Of a DNA stretch of 64,000 nucleotides, positions 23,337 through 36,990 are shown piece after piece; the first letter of the stretch is position 1, and every line of letters begins with the position of its first letter. The position numbers were made by a program, and so were the translations under genes. The notes beneath the pieces are model-generated. The model was given only the letters and a program-made list of their open reading frames with translations, did no database searches and was not told the DNA's origin. This stretch comes from Octopus vulgaris (taxonomy: Eukaryota), in contig OX597820.1 in assembly GCA_951406725.2 (NCBI GenBank), positions 109,802,001 through 109,866,000 on the forward strand. Direction: 5' to 3'.

Positions 23337-23398
23337 GTAAGTTAATTTGTTTTGTGTATATCACTTGTCTAGTTCCTTGAAAGCAAGATCGATGCTAC

Positions 23399-23504
23399 AA
23401 AGAAATACCTAGATTGTTTTGCCAACGTCAGAGTACATAACTGCACATTTATATGTGTAAATGTATATACTATGATGTTGGCAAAACAATCTGGATATTT
23501 CTTT
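23399..23504. repeat. Short MITE-like inverted repeat
   Basis: aagaaatacctagattgttttgccaacgtca / tgatgttggcaaaacaatctggatatttctt. Confidence 0.7.
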
Positions 23505-23639
23505 ATGTGTGTGGAGGGGGGTGTATAAATGGCTCTCAACACATTTGGTAGGAGCTACATATATTTTTACTAACATTCTGACTCACCTCCATATATGTAT
23601 AGGATGTGTCAATCTTATCAGAAACTTTTAATCATATGG

Positions 23640-26215
23640 AGCTCAGTCAAGCTGCTTTTGGTGAAGAATGTACAATTCAACATAGGTTAGTTGCTAGTGA
23701 GTTCTGACTTAAGACTAGAAGGACTAAGAGACAGAAACCAATATGGAAAAGGAGGTGGTGGAAACTCAAGGGTCCTTCATGTCGCCAGAGATTTAGAGCT
23801 GTTCCAATTGAAGCATTTGATGTGAAGTGGGAGGAAGAGATACAGATGTATGACATGGAGGACATGCACACAGGGTAATCTGCTGAGACCAGATCTGTGG
23901 CTGGAGTAAGTTTCTGCCCGACCAAGGGTGACATGGTGGTGGAACAGTGAGTTGACAGGGCCATAAAAGAAAAAGAGTGGAAAAGTAGAGGTACCAAAGA
24001 ATTATATCATGTACCTAAAAGGGAAGCTAGGCAACAGATTTATCTAGTAAGAGCAGAAGCAGAAAGAAAGAGGTTTTCCAATGTTTTACAGCATGAGGAT
24101 CAGACAAGAGATGTTCCAGATTGCTAGAGAGCATACCAGAGAGAATCTAGATGTTGTGGGTAAGAAGTGTGTGCCCTTAGTGACTCAGATAAGAAAGAGG
24201 CATGGAAATACTACTATGAAAGGTTATTAAATGTGGAGAATTCATGCAACAAAGGGAGTCTTCCCTATCTGAACCCAAGAGAGGGACCAGCTAGTCTAGT
24301 TGACAACAGTATGATAGATAAAGCAATCAAGGATATAAAAACAGGAAAAGTTCCTGGTCCATCAGGAATTACTGCTGAGATGCTTAAAATATCAGATGGA
24401 GTAGGATACAATCTAGTCACCTGTATAGTTAATTAGGTTATTCAGGAAGCAGTGTCCCCCTAACTGGCTCCCATGCTGGTGGCATGTAAAAAGCACCATC
24501 CAAACAGGGTCAATGCCAGTGCTGCCTGACTGGCTCCCATGCCGGTAGCATGTAAAAAGCACCCACTACACTTTTGGAGTTGTCGGCATTAGGAAGGACA
24601 TCCGGCTGTAGAAACCTTGCTAGATCAGATTGGAGCCTGGTGTAGCCTATTGGCTTGCCAGTCCTCAGTCAAACTGTCCAACCCATGCCAATATGGAAAA
24701 TGGATGTTAAATGATGATGATGATGATGATGATGATTACAATGACGACGACGATGATGATGATGTGTCTTCCTCAAATGATTGGTATAGCAGCTGTTACA
24801 AGGGTAAAGAAGATGCCTCAGATAGAAGTAATTACAGAGGTATCAACTTGCTGGACAAGGGCATGAAAGTTATGGAGAGAGTTAGAGTTCAATTAATTAG
24901 AAACAGAATTAGAACAGATGAGATGGAGTTTGGTTTTGTGTCAGGCTGAAGTATTATGATTGCTATCTTAGACAACTGCAGGAGAAGTATTTAGCTAAGA
25001 GTAAGCTATTATACTTGACAATTGTTGACCAGGAGAAAGTCTTTCACAGAGTCCCTTGCTCTGTGATATGGTGTTCTCTGAGGAAGCTAGGGACTGATGA
25101 ATGACTTGTGAAAGCTGTGCAAGCCATAAACAGGGGTACTGTCAGTAAGGTAAGAGTTACAGTGATGAATTTTGTGTGCAGCTGGGCATTCCCCAGGGAG
25201 CAGATCTCAGTCCCCTCCCATTTACCATCATCCTCCAGGCCATAACAGAGGAATTTATGACAGACAGCCCTTGGGACCTATTATATGCTGATGATCTTAC
25301 TCTCATAGGAAAGAAATTGCAGGTGTGGAAGCAAAACCTGGAATCAAAGGGTTTTAAAGCTAACTTAGTAAAGACCAAGGTTCTAGCAAGCAAGAAAACA
25401 GACAGGGCACTTCCCACTTCAGGCAAATAGCCCTGTTCAAAATGTAGGAACGGTGTAGGTAGAAATTCATACAGTGTACTGAGTGTAATCTATGGACACA
25501 TAAGAGATGCAGTGGAATAATAGGAAGGTTAACAGAGAAAGTATTGTTTGTTTGCGGAAGATGCACAAGTGCCACAAAGTCTAAGGTCATATGGAAAGTT
25601 CATATTCTCAAATGCCCTGGAGGCTCCCTAGAGGTAGTATATAGTTTCTGTTACCTAGGCGACTTAATTAGCAGTGCAGAAGAGTATATTCTGAAAGTGT
25701 AGTTACTAGAATAAGAATAGGATGGAGAAAGTTTAGACAGTTGTTACCTCTGTTGGCAACAAAACTTCTCTTTCTCTGAATGAAAGGTAGATTGTAAGAT
25801 GCTTATGTATGTACAGCAATGTTCCATAGTAGTGCAATATGGGCCCTAAATGCAGAGGACATGCAAAGACTAGGGAAGAATGAAGCTAGTGTGCTTTGCA
25901 GGGTGTGCAATTTTAGTGTGCATGTACAATAAAGTGCAAATGTATTGAGAGAAAAGATAGGTATAAGAGGAATCAGATGTAGCCTACAAGAAAGCAGACT
26001 ATACAGGTTTGGTTATATGATATGTATGGATGAATTTTGCATAAAGAAGTGCCAATGATTTGAAGTGGATAGAACTCATGGAAAATGGAGACCCAGAAAG
26101 ATGTGAGAGGAAGTTTTGAAGGTTGATCTGAAGATGCTGAGACTCATGGAGGAGATGACAAAGGACTGAGATGGTTGGCATTTTGCTGTGCTTGAGAAGA
26201 ACCATCCATTACAGC
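23640..26215 (+). mobile_element. Long degenerate copy of the RTE-like PHD-containing LINE, with a nested 3'-UTR fragment (24460-24763)
   Basis: ORFs 24167..24436, 24617..24949 and 25176..25430 (WDLLYADDL) match 4010..5668; the nested piece ends in (GAT)n. Confidence 0.9.
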
Positions 26216-27221
26216 AAAAACGATATCCTAAAACCGCTTGGTTATGATTGTATGTACATATGAAGCCCTACTCTCACTCTTGTCTCGTCTCTCTCTGACA
26301 CATCAAGCATTCCCTACCAATTTTATCTCTTCCCTAGCTATGGTATTATGCAGCTGCTGTACGCGCCTGAGAGCAGAATCAGCATATCATCCCTGCCCAC
26401 ACTATTTCAATCAATAACCCCTTTCTGTGTCTTTAGCCACTGTTCTCTTTCTCCTACTATTATTCCCAACGACTATATTTACCATTATGATCCTCTTATG
26501 TATCCCTATATCTCCCTTTCCATTGCTCTTACACCTGACATATACTTTCTGTTCTATTTTCCTTCCTAAGGCATTCTTATATCTCCCACTGTACTCTCTA
26601 CATACTTATATTTCCCATCATCTGCACCCCACTCTTGTTCGTCACTAACTACATTATTCTCTACCTTCACCCATTTACTCTCACCTCACTTTCTTATGGA
26701 AGCATCCACATTCTCTCATCCCCACCCATGACCCAATGTCTGTTCTGCTCACCTTTTTGCTCCTTGAAAGTTTACTTTAGCACCACACCACTGCCTTCCT
26801 CTAATCTCCTTCAACTATATATCTCCTCAATAGCAAGACACCTGTGCTTGTTTCTCTATCATTCTTTAGCCTTTCAACACCGAGCTTAAAGCCACCCACC
26901 TTCACCATACCCTCCCAAATACTTCCTCTTAGTAGTGGGAGCTTTTCCCTTTTTTCCCTGTTCTTCTTTTGCCTTGCAAGTTACATGTGTGTGTGTGTGT
27001 GTGTTTGACTGTTTATGTTTGACTTGTGTTTGTGTTTGACTAAGTATTGGGTTAGTTCAATTTAAAATTCTCCAAGGTGGTGCTCCTGCATGGGCGCAAT
27101 CAAATGTCTGAAACATGATAAAGATAAAATATATATATTATTAAACTAGAATGAACTAACAAACACTTTATAGAAGCACTCTTGCAGAATTCCTCTTGTG
27201 TGTGTTTTTTTTCCTCTGTAG

Positions 27222-27333
27222 TTTAATTTATACAAAAATAAAGACCAACAAGCGCAGAAACTTATTTCAGAACTGGTTCAAATTCGAAACAAAACTGACT
27301 TACTAATTGAATTAACCAATTGTTTGGTGGCTG
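27222..27333 (+). CDS. Candidate host-gene exon (112 nt; FNLYKNKDQQAQKLISELVQIRNKTDLLIELTNCLVA)
   Basis: Acceptor tttttttcctctgtag, donor CTG|gtaagt; open in phase 0 throughout; non-repetitive sequence. Confidence 0.55.
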
Positions 27334-27651
27334 GTAAGTAAAATTTTGTTCTTTGCATGTCCTAAAATTTAATGATATTTAAAGTACTCTTCTGATGTAC
27401 AATTCATTCATTCATATGTATGTATGTATGTATATATGTATGTAGTGTGTGTGTACATGCGTGCATGCATGCACATACATGTCTGTATGAATATGTATAT
27501 ATGTATTTGCGTGTAACAAGTAGCTTATGTTGATGAAGTAACAGTCTATTCTTTAATGTATCTTTGAACTCCATTCAAATGATTGTCTCATGTTGGTATT
27601 CACTGAAAGTAATCAAATTTCTTTGATTATTTCTATTTGCCATTGTTTTAG

Positions 27652-27761
27652 ATGGTAAAAATCAAGTGTCAATACAAATCTTACACAAATCTTATTACTT
27701 TAGAACAGAAGAGGAAAGTTCAAATCTTGCAATGGTCAACATTTTTTTCATGTGGGAGTGA
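27652..27761 (+). CDS. Candidate host-gene exon (DGKNQVSIQILHKSYYFRTEEESSNLAMVNIFFMWE*), frame and end uncertain
   Basis: Acceptor ttgccattgttttag; phase 1 fits the previous exon. An alternative acceptor at 27703 and a donor at 27918 also exist. Confidence 0.35.
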
Positions 27762-28104
27762 TAAAGTACCAGTGAAGTACTGGTATCAATTCTTCATTTT
27801 CTGTCTGGCTCTCAGTATTGGCCCCACTGCATTCTACAGAATGGCAGACATTTGAGGGAGGAGCAAACAACATCCCATCTAGCATCCAACAAAAACCATT
27901 CAATGAAATCAGAGATGGTAGGTATAGATGGTGTTATAAGGAACAGAACAGTGTCAAAACTTAAAAGCACACACATTTTCACAAAATGAAATGCTCTATT
28001 ATATAATACAAATATACATAACAAAATGACAGCAATTCTGAGGGTTTGTAATAGCCATAGACACTACTCTTGTTGCCTTTTCCTGTGTTAATTCTGTAAC
28101 CCTT

Positions 28105-29184
28105 TAAAGTGGAAGATAGAAAGTTCATTTTTGGCACTTGATGCTTTTCTTTTTCTGTAAAGGGGAAAATACCTCACAAACAACCAAAGAAATATGTGCA
28201 GTTTACAGTGATGTTTCTTTATCTGAAAGAACTGTACGGAAGTGGTTTGCAAGGTTCCGAGCTGGAGATTTTAGCCTTATTGATAAAGAGTGATCAGGCA
28301 GACCATCCACTACAGATGATGACCAAATCAAGTCATTAATTGAGAATAACCCACACTGCACAACCCGAGAATTGGCAGAAAGCCTCAACCTATCAAAATC
28401 TGTCATTCACGAGCACCTGGTAAAACTTGGGTACACAATTCGCTATGATGTTTGGGAACCACATGAGTTGAGTGAGAAGAACCTTTTGTATCACATTTCC
28501 ATCTGTGATTCGCTTTATAAATGAAATGAAAACACGGCTTTTTTAAAGCAAATTGTGACAGGTGATGAGAAGTGGATTATCTACCAAAATGTTCAGAAAA
28601 AGCGATATGAGCCACCCTTAGCCACCCCAAAAGTGGGTCTTCACCCTAAAAAGTCTTACTTTGTGTCTGGTGGGATTGGAAAGGAATTCTGTTTTATGAG
28701 CTTCTCCCAAGTAACCAGACAATTAATTCTGAGAAATACAGCACACAACTGGATGAGTTAAAAGCAGCAATTCAAGAGAAACGTCCAGAATTGGCCAAAA
28801 GGAAGGGTGTTATTTTCCAACATGATAATGCAAGACTGTACATTTCTTTGGAAACCAGACAAAAATTGCTGCAGCTCGGCTGGGATGTGTTACCCCACCC
28901 TCCATATTCACCAGATATTGCTCCTTTGAATTTCCACTTATTCAGGTCTCTGCAGAAGAGTCGTAATGATAAAAATTTCAATTCATTGGATGACTAAAAA
29001 GATACCTTGATGAATTCTTTGCCATGAAAAACCACCTCAGTTCTGGGAAGAGAGTATTTTCAAGATGGAGACGTATTGTGCAACAAAATGGTTCATATTT
29101 GGTTGATTAAAAATGTAATGGCAAGTATTTATTGACCTTTTCTTTCCTTTAAAAATCGGCACAAACTTTCCGGACAACCCAATA
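28105..29184 (+). mobile_element. Degenerate mariner transposon
   Basis: TGDEKWI, FQHDNAR, LPHPPYSPDIAPLNFHLF; right TIR-like aactttccggacaacccaata; left TIR not seen. Confidence 0.9.
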
Positions 29185-30525
29185 TTTCCAAGTTCTTTTT
29201 ACACAGGATGTTGTATTCAGCACTGCAACGCTAATGAAATTATTAATTGCTTTAGTGAAAGGCTTCTTAGGATACTTCCCTGTGGTATATGGTTGCAGCT
29301 AAATGGAACAAGCTTTGGAGAATCAACATTCTTGACCACTGAAAAAGAAAATATTCACAATTCCACTTTTAAGAAGTTACTAGTTGTTCTTATACAAGTG
29401 AACATTAACACAATGTTACTAAAGCTGTTGAGAGTTAAATGTGCTGAAACAAGCTCAGCTTGGTGCATTGACTGCATACAAAATGCTAGTTTTCTTAGTT
29501 GGTATCAACTTGGTTGTCTGCTACTTTTTGTAAGAAAGATTATCAATAAAGTATAGCATAAATTAAAGAAATAATCATTTCATAATCCCCAAAAGGAAAG
29601 GTTGTTGCATTTATTTTCTTCTAACATTTCCCAGTTAATTCCTCTGTCGTTGTTATTAGTCAAAGAGCTTGTATGTAACAGGAACTATTTTCAATCTTGA
29701 GAACTTCCAGTGCTATCTAACAGTGCAATAAAATAATGTAAATATCTCCAAAGAAACATTTTATATGGATTTATATTTTTGAAAAATAATTATTAGTTTC
29801 TCAATAATATGAGATACATTATACTTAATATTTAATATGTTACTACATTTTTTAAACCAGAAGCAAATTTCATGATTTTTATGTAATGATTTGCTTTAGT
29901 CATTCACAAATAAATACTAATTACATAATTACTATTAAGTACAAATTTCTAATGAAATATAATTTTCAAACTCCAAATTTAAATAACCTTTTTGTTGTTG
30001 CTCGTTAAACTTTTATTGGATTTAGTTGAAAACTTAGGATGAGAAAAAAATCTTGTGGTCAAGCAAATTGATGTATTATTGTAGAATCTCCAGATTTTCA
30101 AGTTTTCTTTTCTATTAGCCACAGAAGGATGGTCAGTGCTTCTGACATTTGCAAGTTTCCTCAAACACTAACATCTGCCTGTGCAGAAGGAACCAGAAGT
30201 CAGCTTTTTAAGCATGCAACAAAGTGAACTCTGTAAATTTCCCACATAACTAGGGTCATTTTAAATCTAGTGGGATGTTTGGGTCTACAACACAAAAGCA
30301 CCCAAAGGCTATGCATAGACCATTTCTAAGGGTTTACACATAGCTCTGGTTTCATGACAAAGTGGATATGCCATAAATACTCCTCTAGACAGTATCAGAT
30401 ATATGACCAATACTGTATTATTTTCTGAACTGCTTGAAAAATGAAATAATACAGAGTAAGAAATATACAGATGAAACCTCTACTGTTACAACAATAATAA
30501 CAATAGATGTTTTTCTCTTTAATAG

Positions 30526-30578
30526 TAAATGGTGCTGATGGAGCGAATCTTTACATACCTGACTGCAACAATGAACAG
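30526..30578 (+). CDS. Candidate exon (53 nt; xNGADGANLYIPDCNNEQ)
   Basis: Acceptor ttttctctttaatag, donor CAG|gtaagg; open with a phase-1 start. Confidence 0.4.
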
Positions 30579-30609
30579 GTAAGGATCATACACACAAATA
30601 TGACAGTTG

Positions 30610-30661
<52 letters not shown>

Positions 30662-31076
30662 AATTTGATGGAAAACGTTTGAATAGATCAAGACTGATCA
30701 ACGTGAAGCACACCGTTTATGATGGCCGGACATTATGACAGAAATCGACAGATAAAACAATCCAGTCAGTTTGCAAAGAATACATTGATGAAGGAAATCC
30801 AAGACTATTCAATGTAACATTAAACTTTAGGCATGATGTAATACAATAATAAGCAGATGAATGCATTTTATGGTATATCTACAAATGTTTCATTAGCAGA
30901 TTTTATTGTGATGAAACACCATAAAAACAGGCATGTACAGATGTACAAAATTCATAAGATTACACAATATATTACATGTAATCTTCAGGTTATATCATAA
31001 CTGAAATGGGTAAATAATGATTTGTTGCTAAGTTGAAGTCAATACAGCAGATAAAATCAAAATAAGAATCTATCTC

Positions 31077-34000
31077 TGTTGTAGCAAGATATGACACCTT
31101 CCGATGAGAATAGACGGGACCACTATATATAAATAGTAGCAGTCTATTGTAGTCAGCAGTTCATAGTTTGGTCTTCAAAGTCCAGGTACAGTTCAAGTTA
31201 GTGTATTAGAAATAAAAGATTATTGGTTTGTTATGTGTTTGTTAGTGCTACTGTTTCTATTTTGTATTGTTATAATACTGTTACAGTGTATTCTTTATCC
31301 AATGTTGACAATATCAACTGTACTACAATATTGGAGGCATAAGGATATAACATCTGGTGATGAGGATTTTTCGAAGCTCACATAGGTTATTTGACAATTT
31401 GTGCATCATACAAATTGGTAAATTATGGAGAACCTATTAGCTGCAGTAATACAGCTTCAAGAGAAGCAACAGAAATAACTACAGGAGTTGCAGAAGGAAA
31501 TATTACAACAACAACAACAACAGTTAATTGAGTTACAGTCAAGGAAGTTCAAAAATTCAGTAAGTTTGTTTACGCCAGATAGCATAGCAAACTCAATTTC
31601 TGAATTCATTTATAATCTGGAGGAAGGTGTTACATTTCCTGTGTACTATAGTACGAAGAAATTTTTAACAAAGATTGCAAGTCATGGTCAGATGAGGAGA
31701 AAGTGAGGCTATTACTATGCAAGGTAGCTCTGGCCAAGTATTAATGCTACTGTAACCCTATATTGCCCCAAAATTGAGTGAGATGTGTTTCCAAGAAACT
31801 ATTGAATTACTATCAAAGTTTGTTATTTAACACTCAAATGGAGTGTTAGAACTTAACAAAAAATGACAATATTACATACACTGGAGTAGCCAACTGTATG
31901 TGTGAAAACTTCAAACTTCAGAAACTCATTCAGGACATGTTTAAATCCCTTATCTTCGTACAAGGCTTTACTGCAACTGAAGATAGAGAAATTCGGGCAA
32001 GAATTCTCCCAAATATGGAGCAAGTGAACCAAGACTTAACCCTACAGATCATTGCAGAAGAATGTCTGTACAATGTGAAAAAAATTCAAGAGAAAGATTC
32101 CACATAAATACAGATTTGTTGACCTGGAAAGTACAACCAAAAAACTGAAAATGCTACAGTTGTCAGAAACTTGGTCACAAGAGTCCACACTGCATGACAA
32201 GATTACGAGTGTTGAACACAAACAGTATGAAGGTGTTTTCAGCAGAAAGTGAATACGACACAAAAACAAGAAAATTCATATAAATTACATTTCATGGGCA
32301 AAATGTGTACAGACATCAGATTTCAAGGAGAAACATGCAGAGAAAAAATATCCATTGTGGAGAATACAATCAATCTGTTTGGCACAGACTGGTTGGAGTT
32401 ATTTGACTTAAGGCACCTCCCCATAAGTCTCTACTGCAAAAACATAAATGGTTGTCCTGTTAAAAATAAATCATCTGAGGCATTGAAGAGAAAATTGAAA
32501 AAGATGTTTCCTCAAGTACTATCGGAGGACTTAGGTCCATGTAAAAAGACTGAAACCTGCTTTAAAGTAAGTGAAAATGCTGTGCCTGTATTTAAATCTA
32601 ACAGAAAAGTACTGTTCGCAACAACTGAAATCGTAAATGAAAAGTTGGTCAGACTGGAAATGAGTGGAATCATCAAAAAGGTGGATTACTCGAAGTGGGC
32701 GGCACCCATGGTGTGCATTAAAAAGAAAATTAATAAGATTAGGCTGTGTGCTGATTTCTCTACAGGATGAAACAACTGCTTAAAAACATGCCACCATCCA
32801 CTCCCAACTCCAGAGGACATTTTCACAAAATTAAATGGTGGAAAAATTTTCTCCAAATTCGATCTGTCTGAAACTTATTTACAGATTAAAGTAAATTACA
32901 GCAACATTCATCCTAAACCAGGACTGCCATGTTATGTTGGCAAACAATCTTTACTCTTACAACATTGGGGTATAATATTACTAAATTACAATTTCAAAAT
33001 GCAGTATATTCCATCGAAAAAATTGGTCATGTGGACTGTCTATTGAGACTAATTCCCCAAAATATGGAACCTCTAGAAGATAGCTGCACTGCAGGCAGAA
33101 AATGAAATAAAATGTATTATGACTAATGTTATCCAAGAACAGCCAGTGATTGCATAGGATATAAGGATGAAATCTGTAGGCAATGAGTATATTGCAAAAA
33201 TGAAAGAAGCTTTAGAAAATAACCAGAATAAAAATACAAATTCAATTAGTTTCTCAATATGCAATGATATTCTGAGTTGTAGTACCGACTACATTACAAA
33301 AATGTGTATTGCAACAATTCCACAGTGTATACCTGGGAATGTTGAGGATGAAAGCTCTGATGAGGAGCTATGTCTGTTGGCTGACTCTGGACTGGGATAT
33401 TGAAAATTTGGTGAGAACTTGTCGAGGTTGTGTGCTCGCAGCCAAAGCCTCGCTGGTAAAATATCAATCATGGCTAGAGACTGAGAACCCATGGTTACAT
33501 ATCAATTATGCTGGACCAGTGAATGGCACTTACTATCTAATTGGGGTAGACAGCTGTACAAAGTGGCCAGAGGTAGGCAGGTGCAATAAACTAACCGCTA
33601 AGACAACTATAAAGCTCCTATATGAATTGTTTCTGATATTGGAATGCAATTCTCAGGGTATTAATTCAAGAACTTCTGTAAAATTCATGCAATAAAGCAT
33701 ATTTTCACTCCACCCTACCACCCGAGGAATGAATTAAGTAATGATGAAGCACTAATAAAATTCTTAAGGGTGCCACCCACAAAGTTGATGTTTACAAGAA
33801 GAATAAAATTGATAAGTTATTGCCAGAGAAAAAAAGATGTAAAGAAATACAAAAAAAGCAGCGAAATATTTTGAAGTAGGTGATAAAGTGCATTTTAAAA
33901 CCTGCAGAAATGGTAAAGAAAGCTGGGAGGATAGCCTTGTAACCATAAAAATAGGAAGTATGATGTATTTAATTAAAGGACAATGTTGGGAACATAAGAG

Positions 34001-34542
34001 ACACATAAATCAGCTATAGAAGAGACATAGAGAAGAATGAAGAGAAATTCCTATGCAAGTATTTTTTGATGTATTTTGATGTATCTTATGTCCCAGCCCC
34101 GAAAGTAATGGAGTACCATACAACCAACATGAAAAAACGGAACCAGACTGAACACTTTGAGATAAGGCCCAAGTGAAAAAGATACAAAAAAATAATAATA
34201 TAAATAGAATTTCTTTATTCCTTCAGAACTTGAAATCTCAAAAGGGGAGTTGTGGCAAGAGTATGATGCCCTCTGATGAGAATAGACAAGACCACTACAT
34301 ATAAATAGTAGCAGTCTGACATAGTTGGCAGTTCGTAGTTTGGTCTTCGAAGTCCAAGTACAGTTCAAGTTAGTGTATTGGAAATATTGATTGTTGGTTC
34401 GTAAAAGATTGTTGATTCATTTACCTGTTTGTTACTGCCACTGTTTCCCTTTTGTATTGTTATAACACTGTTACAGTGTATTCTTTATCTAACGTTGACA
34501 ATATCAACCGTACTATGATATTGGAGGTGTAAGGATATAACA
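31077..34542 (+). mobile_element. Gypsy (Mag-like) LTR retrotransposon, internally deleted and degenerate
   Basis: LTRs at 31077-31352 and ~34249-34542 (TG...CA), TSD ATCTC on both sides, PBS-like tggtgatgagg, PPT aaaggggag. Remains of gag (ANSISEFIYNLEEGVTF), RT (SKWAAPMVCIKKK..IRLCADFSTG) and integrase (RMKALMRSYVCW..CRGC, PWLHINYAGP). Confidence 0.95.
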
Positions 34543-34751
34543 ATCTCTAATTCAAATATGGAAGTTCAGCCGGTACACAATCAACCAGACAAAATTGTAG
34601 GCAGTTTAATTGAAAATTTCATTGTACAATGGGTGTATCCACTAGTTGAGTTATTGTTGCATGTGGAAATGGAACTTACCATCATAAATTATGCAGAAAA
34701 GAAAAAGAAAAAACTCCAAGTTATTGATTTTATCCCCACATAAAATGAAAT

Positions 34752-35892
34752 ATTCTGAGGGTGGGCTGATAAATTTATAAGCTGACTAAGAAGGAGTGAT
34801 ACCAGAGCTGTGAAATACTGCATGCATTAATTTCAACTCTCCTTATTAATAACTGCATTGTTTCTTTCCAGGTAAACTAACATCTCACTGTTCAAAAGTA
34901 ACTAGTAGCAACTTCTCTTGAAAATCGACAAAATTTGGCATTGCCGCGTTATCAAGTAGCTGCAGAAAAAGGCTTTAGTCCTCAAGGACATTCATGCTGA
35001 CATGATTGCTACATGAGGGGATGACACTCCAGATTTATCAACAGGGCAAAAGTGAGCAGCTGAATTTAGGAGGTGATAGATGACAGGTAATTGAATATAA
35101 ATCAAATAGCCAATGCTATCAGAGAGAGTTGAGAATATTTCGCACAATGAACTTGCTCAGTGGATGTCATACCCGATCAAAAGTGCACCAGACTGATCAC
35201 ATCACAGGAAAATTGGACATTGTCTGAGGCAGGTCCAGCTGGTTTCCTTGATCATTCCCTAAGCCAAGATGAGCGTTGGGTTCATCACTTTGAGCCAGAG
35301 ACAAAAAGACAATCCTTACAGTGGAAACATGCCTCCTCACCGACTCCAATGAAGGCCAAGGTCGTTTCATCAACAGGAAAGGTGAAGGCCTCAGTTTTTT
35401 GGGATGCAAAATGCATTGTGTTTATTGACGAACTTCAAAAGGGTCACCCTATCAGTAGGGAGTACTATGCCAACTTGCTACGACAGTTACGAAAGTCTAT
35501 TGAGATCAAAAGAGGTCTCGTTTCACCAGGACAGTGCTCCAGCACACAAGTCCTTAATTTCAATGGTTACTGTGTGTGACTGTAGCTTGGAACTGGTTTA
35601 TCCCTTTCCCTATTCTCTAGATTTGGCCCCATCTAACTATCATCTACTCCCCAACGAAAAAAACTTGGTTGGGAACCAGTATTGTAGTGCTGATGGCATC
35701 ATATCTATCGTTGAAGAGTTTTATGACCAACAGGATGAAAACTTCTTTACCAATGGAATCCAAGCATTGCAACACTGATGGAAGAAGTGTGTGGACCACA
35801 AGGGAGACTATATTGAAAAATAAACCTCACTTGTCACATTCCATGAAAGTATCTCGGTCAGCCTGTGACCTTTTCAGCTGACTTTCATGGCA
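34752..35892 (+). mobile_element. Degenerate mariner transposon
   Basis: DERWVHHFEPETKRQSLQWKH, GKVKASVFWD, HQDSAPAH, PYSLDLAPSNYHL; diverged TIRs at both ends. Confidence 0.9.
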
Positions 35893-36654
35893 TTGGGATA
35901 CTATTATCAATGAAAATTGGTGTCAATTTTACCAATTCTTTGATTTTTACAGCTAAAGCCATTAGCCAAAGAGCCAATATATTCGCATATATTCTGTAGT
36001 GTGTGGCATATCATATTTCATACACAGTTCAACAAGGCAATTGCTTAAAACTACATTGTTAAAGTTAACATATCAGAATACTATCTGTTTAACTGCTTCA
36101 GGAAAAAAAAATTAAAATAAACCATAGTAATAAAAGAGAGAAAAATATCAAATTAATATATAGGGAATGATAAAAATTTAGAAAGAATTGTCCGAGAGAG
36201 AAAAAACTTGAAATAGTTGTAGTTATAGTACTTAGAGCAACTATAGTAATAATATTAGTAGTAATAGCAGTAAATGAATAGTGAAATAAATGACAAAATA
36301 TAAGGTATTATGGATCTAGATAACGTTTGATTGGTTCACACAGATTGAGACAAGTATAATTCAGGCATAGATAGGTAGTTACCAGATATAACTTGCATCT
36401 GATATATAGATATATTGCAGGCCAGTTATTTTCAAGCAATGAATGAGAGCAAATGCAATTTATATCTAGAAATTGAATGACTAGTTCCTAGTTTTAGTTA
36501 GCATCCAATACATAAAAACATTATACAATTCTAGTTTAATTATGGGAATTAAAATCTATATTAAATTCCATAGATCATTTACTTTAAAGTGCTGAACTAA
36601 AGTAACTGAAATTTTTATGCAGAAATAGAATTCCTCTATACACACACGCATATA

Positions 36655-36990
36655 TTATCATCATCATCATCATCACTATCATTTAATGTTTGTTTTCCAT
36701 ACATAATTGTGTAGGATGGATGACAGGAGCTGGCCAGGTAGAAGACTACCCCAGGCTACTATGTCTGTTTTGGCAGAGTTTTTTATGGTTGGATGCCTTT
36801 CGTAACACCAACCACTCCACAGAGTGGACTCAGTGCCTTTTACATGGCACCAGCACAGGTGAGGTTAGTTTTGGCATGATTTTTACAGCTGGATGCCCTT
36901 CCAAATGCCAACCTCTTTACAGTATAGACTGGATGCTTTTTGCGTGGCACCAGCATTGGCAGGGTCACCAAGTAACTTGCAAGACAAAGA
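36655..36990 (-). mobile_element. RTE-like 3' UTR fragment
   Basis: (CAT)n tail plus ggatgccttt..accaaccactcc motifs. Confidence 0.65.

Noticed and set aside
30118-30227. Possible extra exon after ttttctattag
   Set aside because: No convincing donor and all frames stop quickly.
34273-34290. CTGATGA in the Gypsy 3' LTR
   Set aside because: No stem II or GAAA follows; the 5' LTR reads CCGATGA.
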